This document shows positions 26,001 to 37,001 of a DNA stretch of 64,000 nucleotides, in pieces. The notes below the pieces were generated by a model. It was not told where the DNA came from, ran no database searches, and was given only the letters and a program-made list of their open reading frames with translations. Source of the DNA: Azolla caroliniana (lineage: Eukaryota > Plantae > Polypodiophyta); the NCBI GenBank assembly GCA_043228905.1, contig JBHGNT010000010.1:13330001-13394000 (forward strand), in the 5' to 3' direction. Position numbers and translations under genes: made by a program. How positions within the stretch are numbered: the stretch's first letter is position 1; every line of letters starts with the position of its first letter.

Positions 26001-27427
26001 GGTGGATCAGCCCCTGGAAGGCATTCATGTGCTCCACCATGCTGGAGTTGTCTTGGTACCGGAGTCTTACTAGCTTCAGAAATACCGAAACCTGATTAAC
26101 AACATTTTTGTTCTAAAACATAATGTCGATCTTCTCCCAGAGCTCATGAGCCTTGCTCTCTTCATTGAAGTTAATAAACCCATGTCGATGAAGAACCGTA
26201 CGTACGTTGTTGTCTTCATGTGCATCACCTCCCATATTGTGGCATCGATTTTGTCCGGTCTCTTGTCCCCGAACTGAACCGGCAGCCAAAGATCTTTAAC
26301 CACGAGCATGTCCCTCATCTTCGACTTCCACACTGAGTAATTGGAACCAGTGAGCTTGAACATGCCTCCCAACGAATCGTCCATTTTTCTGTATCGTTTC
26401 GCTCTGATACCAGTTTGACATGGAATACACGAATTAATCTCCGACAACAACCGAAGCGTAGATCACTTGATGACAATAAAAAACCGACGAAATGGGAATG
26501 GAGGCAAGTTGACAAAATAGAAAGAGAATACACAAGATATTAACGTGGAAAACCCTAAGAGGGAAAAACCACGGGAGTCCACAGACTCCAAACTATCACT
26601 CTGTAAAGTAATACAACAGGGGGCATAGAGGCAACGACCTTTTGCTCACAGTCTTCGCCTAGCGGCGGTTACAATAGAGGCACAATCTCTATATGTCGCT
26701 CTCTCTCTCTCTTACGCACTGTACAGAGGTTACACCAATAACTCTATCATCATCATTATAAAGTTTGCCCTAGGTCATATTTATACTAATATGACTTTCG
26801 AGCTATTTACAAATATAGTCCCAGTGGGCTCTCTGGAACATATTTACCCATATGTCCCTTCCATCTGATAAGAGGTTCTCACCGGGCTTGCAACATCCGG
26901 TTCTCACCGGTTCTTCCTTGCCGGGTACTCGTCATTCGGTTCTCACCGGGTCTTCCTTGTCGGGTACTCCACATCCGGTTCTCACCGGGTCTTCCTTGCC
27001 GGGTACTCATCATCCGGTTCTCACTAGGTCTTCCTTGCCAGGTACTCCACATCCGGATTCTTCTCACTTCCCATCCGGAGGGACCTGTTTCCTAACATAC
27101 TCGTGGTGGGTCTAGAACTATTGTCAGCATTTCGATTATGCCTCAAGTTCTGCTCCTGTCGGCCGCTTCCCTTACACGCTGACCCACCTCGTCCACCATG
27201 ACCACGGGGCCAATCCATCTTTATGTACATCATCTTGTTGTCGGTGTGCATACTCGTCGACGCATCTAACTGCTTTTCTTCTACGAGCAACATCGATTTA
27301 AGGTCCAAAAATGAAGGCATACTCTCCCTCATGCAGACTGCCGTTCGGAATGCTCTGAACATCGACGTCAACCCTCCAAAGTAAACCTTCACAATTTCTT
27401 CATCCTCAACGTTCACGTTGACGAATC

Positions 27428-30172
27428 GAACCGAATCGAACCGAGTCGCCACTCAGCCGAATCGAGTAGAAGCCGATTCGATCAAAATCGAATCCGAGCC
27501 AATCGGCTAAGTTAATACTCGGCAAAATTGAGAACTGACTACAGAAGGAGGGGAAATGGCCGAACAAGGAACCGAATTCGAATCGGCCGAAGAAGTCGAA
27601 GAAGAACCAACCATGTCGAATGGCGGTTGAAGATACCCCCTAAGAGAAAGGAGGGTCCCCTGAAGATTTCCGAAGGAAGAGCATGTACTGCTAACCGATG
27701 AGGGGGAGCCAGAAAGCTTTGAAGAAGCCAAGGAAGATACCCACAGCCGAAAGTGGTTGAGTGCCATGGAAGAGGAGATGGATTCTTTGCATGAGAACCA
27801 CACATATGAACTAACCAAATTGCCAAGAGGAAAGAAGGCACTTCGGAATAAATGGGTATACAAGTTGAAACCGGGAGATGGCGGAAATCCACCCAAGTAC
27901 AAAGCACGAATCATCGTGAAATGCTTTCAACAAAAGAAGGGTGTCGATTTTGACATAATATTTGCGCCATTCGTAAAGATAACGTCTATCTGAACCGTGC
28001 TGAGCATTGCGGTCAGCATGTATCTCGAAGTCGAGCAATTGGATGTCGAGATGGTGTTTCTACATGGTGATCTCATAGAGGAGATTTATATGCACTAGCC
28101 GGAAGGATTTGTGGAGAAAGGTAAAGAGAACCTGGTATGCCGATTAAGGAAGAGCTTGTGCGGGTTGAAGCAAGCACCTCGGCAATGGTACCGAAAATCT
28201 TGAATTCTTCATCACCGACAACAAGGTACCACAAAACACAAGCCGATCACTACGTATTTGTGAAGAAATTCATCGGAGGAGATTTCCTCATCCTCCTGTT
28301 GTCCGTGGATGACATGTTGATTGTCGGACGGGACCATACAAAGATCCGAGTACTGAAGAAGTCTTTGAGCAGATCATTCTCGATAAAGGATATGTTACGA
28401 AGGCACTCCGGCTCTTCTTAATGCACATCGGATCGTGATGGGCTGGATCGTTTAGTGTGCTCAAGACAAAAAAGGAAGGGGGGAGGAGACTTACCTCTAT
28501 AGCAACCCAAAAAGCTTCTATTTCATTACACGCAGAGAAACCTCTCTCGTCTGTTTTCTTCTTCTCTTACAACTACTCTCTTCTTCTACATCTCACTCTT
28601 ACTTTTTTACCTAACTATATAAGTGACTTACATATTCAGCGAATTAGCTGTGACTAGCTAAATAGTTGTTTTACTTACATGTCCACTAGTAGCTAATTTC
28701 CCAATAGCTACTATAAAAGATCTCACTTACCAATATGCACCATATGCTTTTGTTGAGCTTGTTTCTCAATAGGATATGGGTCCGGCAAAGCAAATATTGG
28801 GGATGCACATTGTTCGGGATCGAACAAAGAAATTGTTGTTGCTATCACAAGAAAAATATGTGACAAAGGTGCTCCAGAGATTCGGCATAAAAAGCGTGAA
28901 ACCGGTCAGCCCGACACTGCCGACGAACTGCAAGCTAAGCAAAGAACAATGTCCGAAATCGAAAACCGAGAAGGCCGAGATGTCAAAAGTTCCTTATGCC
29001 TCGGCAATCGGAAGCCTGATGTATGCAATGGTATGTACCAAATCGGACATAGGATACACAGTTGGGTTAGCCGATATATGTGCAACCTCGGACGAGAGCA
29101 TTGGGCTTCCGTGAAGTGGATACCTCGGTACATAAAAGGCACCTCGAACGTGTGTCTTCATTTTGGTTCGGGTAACCCACACTAGAAGGTTATACTGACT
29201 CGGACATGTCAGTTGATGTAGATACCAACTGATCCATGTCTGGGTACGTAATGAATTATGCAGAGGGAGTTGTTTCGTGGTAGTCGAGGCTGCAAAAGGC
29301 AGTGGCACTGTCGACCACGAAAGCTGAATATATGGCCGTTGCGGAAGCCGGGAAGGAAATCATATAAATGAAGGAGTTTATTAGTGAGTTGGGAATTCGA
29401 CAAGAGGAATTCCAACTTCATTGCGATAACCAGAGTGTCATCCACCTTGCGAAAAATGCCGCCTACCACTCGAGGACCAAACACATCCAGAGAAGATATC
29501 ATTGGATCCGAGAGCGAGTAGAAGAAAAGGAGTTGTCTCTAGTGAAAATCCACACGGCCGAAAATGGATCGGATATGCTGACGAAAGTGCTGTCAGCCGA
29601 AAAGTTAAACGTGTGCCGACAGAAAGTCGGTTTGGTGAAGTACCCCATGCCGGAGTGAAGGGGGAGTTTGTTGGGAAACATGTCCCTCCGGATGGGAAGA
29701 CGAGTACCATGTTGGTGAGTATCTCGGCCGAGGCCTTAACTGAAATCGAAATCGAAAACCAAAATCGTTTCGGAAGACTATAATTGTAAATAGTCTAAAA
29801 TTCATCCTGGGGGCTATACTTGTAAATATCCAAAAAGTTCCTTTGGTTTATAAGCAACTAGGGGAAACTTTATAGAGTGGGTAGTTGCCTCTATAACTGT
29901 GAGTGACAGAGTGAGAGTGTAACTTTGTAGTCGTCTGTCAGACAAAGGCGAACTCGAGGTCGCTACCTCCAAGTTCCATATTTGTACTTCCTCTCTACTA
30001 TACTGATTGGTTTTCTCGGGGTTTGTGGACCCCCGTGGTTTTTCCCATTTCAGGTTTTCCACGTAAAATATCGGTGTCTTTGCGTCTTCACGTTTTTCAT
30101 CTGTGTACTAGCTCTTGGTTTCTGCACATGAATACCAATGTGTAACCGGTTGTGGCCGGTCGATTCCTAACA
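27428..30172 (+). mobile_element. Copia H: 5'-truncated Tork-like remnant (RT-RH-PPT-3' LTR) inserted in E
   Basis: LLTDEGEPESFEEAK...RH ending at 29658; PPT GAAGGGGGAG; LTR 29669-30172 (TGTTGGG...CCTAACA). Confidence 0.9.
28393..28771 (-). mobile_element. Solo LTR I (Copia A/D-related terminus) inserted in the RT of H
   Basis: TGTTACG...CTCAATA (CA mutated to TA); TSD GGATA; terminus GTTGAGCTTGTTTCTCAA resembles the D LTR. Confidence 0.88.
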
Positions 30173-33100
30173 CTTTTCTCCCGACAACCTATGCCGATTA
30201 TGGTACTACCCCCGTTTTCGGAGAGCCAAAACTGCCTACTTGGTGTACAAGTGTGGGGATTCTTCTGGTTGTACGGGCTATCTCGGCCCCACACCTTGAT
30301 AGCCCTCTCTAAAAATCCTCTCGACACCGAAAATTCTCTCGACACTCAGTGCTAAGGGAGTCCCGATTCCTCTCGTGGTTCGGCAGAACCGTCAAAAAAT
30401 GGACGGAGTGCCAACCTCCCTGGCTCTTAACCCAAGCGCATGCCAAATCATTTTCCAACACCTTGGTCTCCATTCAAGCCATTGTAATATAGGGTTCGCT
30501 GAGTATGACCGGATGGGATGACGTCTCCTGCGTGAAGAAGAGTTGGTCGATCTCGACGTCTCCGACCTTTACTCGGACGTTCGAGCATGCCCCATAAAGT
30601 TCTTTGGTCGTGCTGGTCACCGCACATATCTTCCATCAATGTTCATTAGTCACTTACCCTCCGTATAGAAGTCCCTGGACATCAAGTTTATCTTTGATCC
30701 ATGGTCAATCAACGCAACAACCGGCTCCTTAATGTCGTCGATCCGCATCGGCATTTCCGTCATCGATCTTGCCTAGTGTGGCTTAAGGTAGTGGTTGTCG
30801 GACAGCTCCTCTTCCATCGCCACCTCATCAATATGTGTCGCCTTGACTCGACCGGCTTCTTCCTTTCTGGCTCAGTCAAAAGCCACATTCTCTTAACCAT
30901 GTCGATGATTGAATCGTGGAACTCTTTCTTCGCAATTCCCAATACTTCATGTAGTGAGAGTTCCACCTGACTATCGAGGATCCACTCCTCTAAGACCTTC
31001 CATAGGTCTATCGTCTTCTCAATTTCCGAGCTCAGTCGGAAGCTCAAAAATTTCTTTCTCGTTTTCTCCTGCGAGTCGGCCAGACCACCATCACATCTCT
31101 TTGGTTCGCTCTGGGTGTCATATCTCCCCAAATGGCCTACCCCTCCGGCCTTTCCGACCCGCTTGTCTTCAACCAGAACCTCGTAGTTCTAGTACACTAC
31201 TTCCACGAAGCCAGTCTTCTCGTCCATTGGATCGTCCCATCCGGTGACCTCTTGGACCCCCATCTCTGCATGGTTCGCCTCTTCCTACCTCAGCTTCTTC
31301 CCAGAGAAGTTTTCAAGCATAACCGGCCAAAACCTGACATCCTTTCTTGCCTTGGCATTCTCCCCTCTGACCCGAATACCAACCGACACCAAGTAGTGGA
31401 TGGTCATTGCGTGCAGCGCCGCAACCTCCTCCATCAGTCTTTTCATTCCGCCCTGAAAAGAATGGCGTGCAGAAGCAATATAGGAAACCGAACAACAGAA
31501 AATGCAGGTTTAATGGAAAGCTTATGTTTGCATAGTACGCACGGGAGAGACATAGAGAGAGTAAACACAAGAACTTAATTCAAAAATAATACTCAATCTG
31601 TACATCGTGTGTGTTCAATGAACACTTTTATACAAGTCCTTTTCGGACTGACAGAAGTACTAACAGTACTTCAATGCTCATTGAGGAGCCCCTACACTAA
31701 CTCCCAAATATATTCCTTGCGGAATATCTTTCCGATGGCCTCCCGGTTTTCGCACCAGTCTGCGTACCGGTTTCCAACCGATCCGGTCCTCGGCTTGCTC
31801 AGCCGATCCGGCCGATGTTGAGCTTGTCTCTCAACACTCCCCCTCAAGCTCAACTTGAGGCTCTTCAGGATCTTCCAGATCACCACTCCGGTTCCTCCTG
31901 GCTCCATGCCTCGCTCGCGCTCCTTGACCTGTCTAACTCCGCGCGCTTCGACCCTTCTGGTCGGCTTGTCTGCTCCCACGGCCCTTCACAGCTCCCTCGT
32001 TGTCGCGGTGTTGGCGCTTCTCCTGCTGCCTTCTTTTCCGCTTGGCCCTCGATTGATTCAGTGTATCCAAATCAAACATCTGAACTGACTCGGCTACCTC
32101 CGATCGGTTTTCACTCTCGTCCGAGTTGCCTGTCTCCAACTCGTCTTCGGTCTTCTTGCCCTTGACGGCGTCATCTCCCCCATGCTTGGTTGACTTTGGC
32201 TCTTCCTTTCGGTTGCTCCCCTTATGTCCGCTTCCGGAATCTTCCACAGGTCCGCCCTCGACTTCTTTAGCCAATCCTAAATTGAATTCGTCATCCGACT
32301 CAGCGTCGCGGTGTCGTGAAGTACGAAAGCTTCACATTAAAAGTCTACAATAAGATAAATACGTAACTAAAATAACATTTGATAATGTTTTATATATAAA
32401 GATAATATTAACAACACATGATAATATTATATATATGTAAAGAAAAATAATATATATATATATAGATAAATATATTATATTACACGAACAAGAGAGGACT
32501 TGAACCAATAACCCCACCCTATGACTCTCAAATCTTATCATTTACTCTATACTAATAATATACATAAAATAAAGCATTTGCTTAATGATATAAAAATAAA
32601 GTTCTATGTTGTATTCAATAGTATTTTGAGACTCGAACCCACAACCTCATACACCAAAGTCAACACACCTACCATTAGGCTAGGTCCTTTCTCTTTAAGA
32701 TTATATTTTCATGTTTATTGTTATTGCATATATTGTTTCATACATAAAAGCTCAAATGAGCGAGATGTTTATCATGCATCACATGCATTTCATGCACTAC
32801 ATGCATGACTTGTACCCTCCAATGCATCATATGCATGGGGGCACCTATTTAAATGGTGAAAGAGAAGATCAAAGAGATATGTAGGAGATATCAATCAAAT
32901 ATATATTACATAAGAGATACCATAAAATAGGAAAAGAAAGGAAGAAGTTCAACATAAAGGTGGAGCTCTAGCTGTCAGGAATAGTACTAAAATAGAGATG
33001 GAATTAGTACTAAGAACAGCAGTACTATTAGTACTAAGAGGACGGGACTGCGTAAGATTCCCGAGAGAGGAAGTGAGAAGAGGAGAGAGAGAGAGAGATA

Positions 33101-33416
33101 GCGAGAATGAGAGAGATGATGACAGTAGCTATATATTATGTGAAAAGATAAGTACAAGCGGCTAAGAGGCTTAAGACTGGCGTTGAACCAATTTGGTTCA
33201 AAACAATGCCTTGTGCCTCCTTTTATAGTGTTTTTAGGAATAATCTTGAAGCTTCTAGAATGTTCCAGAGATATCTGGAATATACATCAATTTTCTATGA
33301 TAAAGTATAAATGAAAATAATATCCTACAAAATACAATTCCTAATCTAATGGTAAGAGCTCGACCCATGTAGCATAAAGTCATGGGTTTGAGTCTTGCCA
33401 TGACACTATCTCCCCC

Positions 33417-36400
33417 TTAAAGACGACGAGTGGAACGAGTCGGCGCTAACTGCGGACCGGGTTTGTCCGGATACTTTTGGTGGAAGTCAGCAAGAAGATC
33501 TTGTGCATTGGCAACATTCTCGACGGGTTCCCAAGTACGTTCGCTCGGACTATAACCGAGCCAATCGACCAAGTAATAAAGTTTGTTGCGAACAAGTTTG
33601 GAATCGAGGATGGCAGCAACTTCATACTCCGGGCCGGCGTCCAACTCCAGCGGGGGCGGCGGTGGTGTCACACGATCGGGAATGGTGTTTGCTTTATAAG
33701 GTTCAAGAAGAGAACAATGGAAAACCGGATGTATCTGAAGCTGCGGAGGGAGATCCAGGCGGAAGGTGACATCATTAATCTTCCCCGTAATACGGAAAGG
33801 ACCGAGTCGTCGATAATCCAACTTGTCGCACGGTCGAGTAGTCTTGATGTGACAACGTAAGAGCCATACTCGATCTCCGATGGCAAAAGAGGAGGGAATC
33901 CGATGACGATCCGCATAAGTCTTCTGTGTGTGTTGAGCATGACGAAGGTGAGTAGAGAGATCCATCTGGATCTTGCGTAGCCTCTCCAAATGGTCCTCGG
34001 CACGAGGGTTGGTAGGTAGCTCCGGAGTGTCGATCACCGACCAGCGAGGATGGAAACCGGTATAAGCGAGAAATGGGGACACCCGAGTCGAGGAGTGAAT
34101 AGCATTATTATACGCAAACTCCGCAAAGTGGAGAATCTCGGCCCAATCGTCCTGTTGATAACTCAGGAAACACCGGAGATATTGCTCCAACGTTTGGTTT
34201 GTTCGTTCCGCCTGTCCGTCAGTTTGAGGATGGTAGCCGGAGGAGAGGTTGCAGGAGACCTTGAGCATCCTGAAGAGATGCTGCCAAAATTTGGAGACAA
34301 ATTGCGGGCCTCGGTCACTGATAATACTGTCTGGTAGGCCATGATGCCGAAATACCTCACGCATAACAAGAGCGGCGGTTTCCTCGCTAGTGATGGCTTT
34401 AGTACATGGCACAAAATGTGCCATCTTCGTATATCGATCGACGACGGTTAGGATAGCAACGAACCCCTTCGACAACGGCAGATCTGTAATAAAATCAAGA
34501 CAAATAGACTGCCATGGCTTACTTGGAATTGGTAAAGGTTCCAACAAGCCATATGGATGGTGTCGTGGCATCTTTGCTCGGCAGCAAGCATCACAGGTCC
34601 GAACGTAGTCGTCGACAAAACGGCGCATGTGGGGCCACCAAAAAGATCGCTGCACTAACTCCAACGTCTTGGTACTACCGAAATGTCCCGCCGTATGGGT
34701 GTCGTGACAATGTTGGACGATTTGAAGGCGACAGGAGAAATCGGGGACATATACGCGCTTTTTAAAGAATAACAAACCATCATGATATTCGAATTGTCGG
34801 TAGTCAATACCTGGTTGTTGAGACTGAGAACAGGAGGCCCGATAAGTATCAATGTGCGCCAGGATGTCTTGAGCAAAACTATCCGTCTTCAAGGTTGCAC
34901 GTATGTCATCGGTAATCCGTGAATCCATCGGGGTGTGAAAAATCCGCGTCGTGTGCAATCGTGTTGGTCCCAAGATTACTTGCTTTTGATTATCAAATGT
35001 TGCGTCACCAGGACGAGGTGCAAGATATGAACGCCGTGATAGTGCATCTGCTTTTCCTTGCTGCTTCCCCAGTCGATATGTGATTTCGAAGTTGAAACGC
35101 GTGAGGAATTGCGCCCACCGAGCTTGCCGTCGATTTAGTACGCGAGCGTTCTGAAAATAAGCAAGATTTTTATGATCGCTAAAGACAATGACCTGATGTG
35201 GAGAGCCCTCTAAGAAATGCCGCCATTGTACAAATGAATCCACGATGGCTAATAACTCCTTGTCATGTATTTCGTAGTTGATTTCTGCGACATTGAATTT
35301 GCGCGAATGGAAAGCCACCGGATGCAACTCTTCTTTATCGCCTTGTTGAGAAAGGATGCTACCGAGGGCGAAATCTGATGCGTCGGCCTCCATGATGAAT
35401 GGTTTGCTTGTAGCCACATGAGCTAGAATCGGTGCTGATGTAAAGGCTTTCTTAAGATGCCGAAAAGCCATATCTGCTTCGATGGACCAAACAAATGCTT
35501 GGCCCTTCTTCGTAAGTTGTGTGAGAGGTAAAATAATCTTCGAGTAATCCTGTATAAACTTACGGTAGAAGTTAGCAAAGCCTAGAAAACATTGTACATC
35601 TCGTACCGACCGTGGAATTTGCCACTCTAGTACAGTTTGGATTTTAGCTGGATCCATGGCGATGCCCTTTGAGGAGATGACGTAGCCTAGAAATTCCACT
35701 TGCTTGCAGTCAAAGCTACATTTCTCTAGCTTGGCATAAAGACCATTCTCGCGGAGTCGCTTTAGTACTAATAGTACATGAGAATCGTGCTCTTCCTGGG
35801 TCTTCGAATAAATCAACAGATCATCCAGATAAATGATCAAACAGATATCCAAGAGGTCTCTGAATATATCATTTGCCATGTGTTGGAAGACTGCGGGTGC
35901 ATTGGTTAGGCCAAACGGCATAACAGTATACTCGAAATGCCCATACCGCGTGCGAAAAGCGGTCTTCCACTCATCTCCCGGTCGGATCCGCACGAGATTA
36001 TACGCTCCTCGTAGGTCGATTTTAGTAAAAAACTTGGCACCATTAACTCGCTCTAAAAGACTTGATATAAGAGGAAGTGCATACCTATTCCGGATGGTGA
36101 CTTTATTCAATCCGCGGTAATCAACGACAAGACGAAGTGAGCCATCTTTCTTCTTGACAAAGAAGATGGGTGCACCGGCCGGAGATTTCGAATGACGGAT
36201 GAACCCGCTTGCCAAGTTCTCCTCTATGTAGGCTCGAAGGACTTCTAACTCGGTGGGTGACAAGTTGTAAATTGGTCCCCATGGTGGCTCGGTTCCTGGT
36301 TGTAAATCGATGGGACAGTCATAGGGACGGTGATGAGGAAGGGTACCGGCTTTTACCTTGTCAAATACATCGGCATAAGGATGATATTTTGCCGGAAGTT

Positions 36401-37001
36401 GTATTGAGGAGTCCTTCTTAATAGTGCTAGAAGGATGTACTGATATGGCAAATAGGAACATTGCCTCCTTGGGTCCTTCTTCGCGTAGTTGATGGAGTGA
36501 AATGGTCGAAACTCGGTGAGTTGATTCTTGGGGTGGTCGATATCGGACTTCTCTTGTTCTCCAATCTATGGCTGGATTATGTAATTCAAGCCAAGGTAAT
36601 CCTAGGACAATGGGATGCTCTGGACTACTAATTATATTAAATGATATTATACACACAAAACTACCTAGGACAACTTGAATGGGTTCTGATTCTTCTACAA
36701 TATTCCTGGAAGCAATGGGACGACCATCAATGACTACTACAGATGCAGGACAAGGAAGTTTTCTTAAGGATATCTGAGAAGCTTGGGCAAAATTTCGATC
36801 CATGAAACAGGAATTAGCTCCGGAATCTAAAAGTGCTAGGACGGGTACTGGGGGAGTACTTTTAGTACTAACAATGACTTGGGCTAGGAACACATTGCTA
36901 ACTTGCTTGGAAGGAATGGAACCACTAATGGGCTGTACAGATCTAGGGTTGTTGTCCAACCAAATGGCTCCTATTTTGGCTGGACTCAATCGTTTAACTC
37001 T
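33417..37001 (-). CDS. pol: B2 Pol: protease, RT, RNase H, integrase, chromodomain (-1 frame relative to gag)
   Basis: LDSGA; YLDD; ADAS...DKELLA...DH; HHCC, DDE, GPF; chromodomain EYEVAAILDSK...YLVDWLGY...TWEP. Confidence 0.96.
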   Translation of the reverse strand, partial: RVKRLSPAKIGAIWLDNNPRSVQPISGSIPSKQVSNVFLAQVIVSTKSTPPVPVLALLDSGANSCFMDRNFAQASQISLRKLPCPASVVVIDGRPIASRNIVEESEPIQVVLGSFVCIISFNIISSPEHPIVLGLPWLELHNPAIDWRTREVRYRPPQESTHRVSTISLHQLREEGPKEAMFLFAISVHPSSTIKKDSSIQLPAKYHPYADVFDKVKAGTLPHHRPYDCPIDLQPGTEPPWGPIYNLSPTELEVLRAYIEENLASGFIRHSKSPAGAPIFFVKKKDGSLRLVVDYRGLNKVTIRNRYALPLISSLLERVNGAKFFTKIDLRGAYNLVRIRPGDEWKTAFRTRYGHFEYTVMPFGLTNAPAVFQHMANDIFRDLLDICLIIYLDDLLIYSKTQEEHDSHVLLVLKRLRENGLYAKLEKCSFDCKQVEFLGYVISSKGIAMDPAKIQTVLEWQIPRSVRDVQCFLGFANFYRKFIQDYSKIILPLTQLTKKGQAFVWSIEADMAFRHLKKAFTSAPILAHVATSKPFIMEADASDFALGSILSQQGDKEELHPVAFHSRKFNVAEINYEIHDKELLAIVDSFVQWRHFLEGSPHQVIVFSDHKNLAYFQNARVLNRRQARWAQFLTRFNFEITYRLGKQQGKADALSRRSYLAPRPGDATFDNQKQVILGPTRLHTTRIFHTPMDSRITDDIRATLKTDSFAQDILAHIDTYRASCSQSQQPGIDYRQFEYHDGLLFFKKRVYVPDFSCRLQIVQHCHDTHTAGHFGSTKTLELVQRSFWWPHMRRFVDDYVRTCDACCRAKMPRHHPYGLLEPLPIPSKPWQSICLDFITDLPLSKGFVAILTVVDRYTKMAHFVPCTKAITSEETAALVMREVFRHHGLPDSIISDRGPQFVSKFWQHLFRMLKVSCNLSSGYHPQTDGQAERTNQTLEQYLRCFLSYQQDDWAEILHFAEFAYNNAIHSSTRVSPFLAYTGFHPRWSVIDTPELPTNPRAEDHLERLRKIQMDLSTHLRHAQHTQKTYADRHRIPSSFAIGDRVWLLRCHIKTTRPCDKLDYRRLGPFRITGKINDVTFRLDLPPQLQIHPVFHCSLLEPYKANTIPDRVTPPPPPLELDAGPEYEVAAILDSKLVRNKLYYLVDWLGYSPSERTWEPVENVANAQDLLADFHQKYPDKPGPQLAPTRSTRRL

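Larger units (their letters stand above)
16209..27097 (-). mobile_element. Copia G: full-length degenerate Tork/Tnt1-like element, relative of F, containing B1
   Basis: LTRs 16209-16884 and 26416-27097; TSD TACTC; PBS TGGTATCAGAGC 26401-26412; PPT ~16887-16895; gag, PR, INT, RT and RH fragments. Confidence 0.95.
15208..27808. repeat. ~0.85 kb tandem duplication of the A/H junction; second copy split by G
   Basis: 15226-15360 matches 16073-16208; 15361-16069 matches 27103-27808, with scattered substitutions. Confidence 0.85.

Noticed and set aside
31850-32311. Extra ORF in the 3' region of Copia D (31933..32274)
   Set aside because: Short, low-complexity and truncated by C; may be an RNase H C-terminal extension but cannot be supported as a gene.
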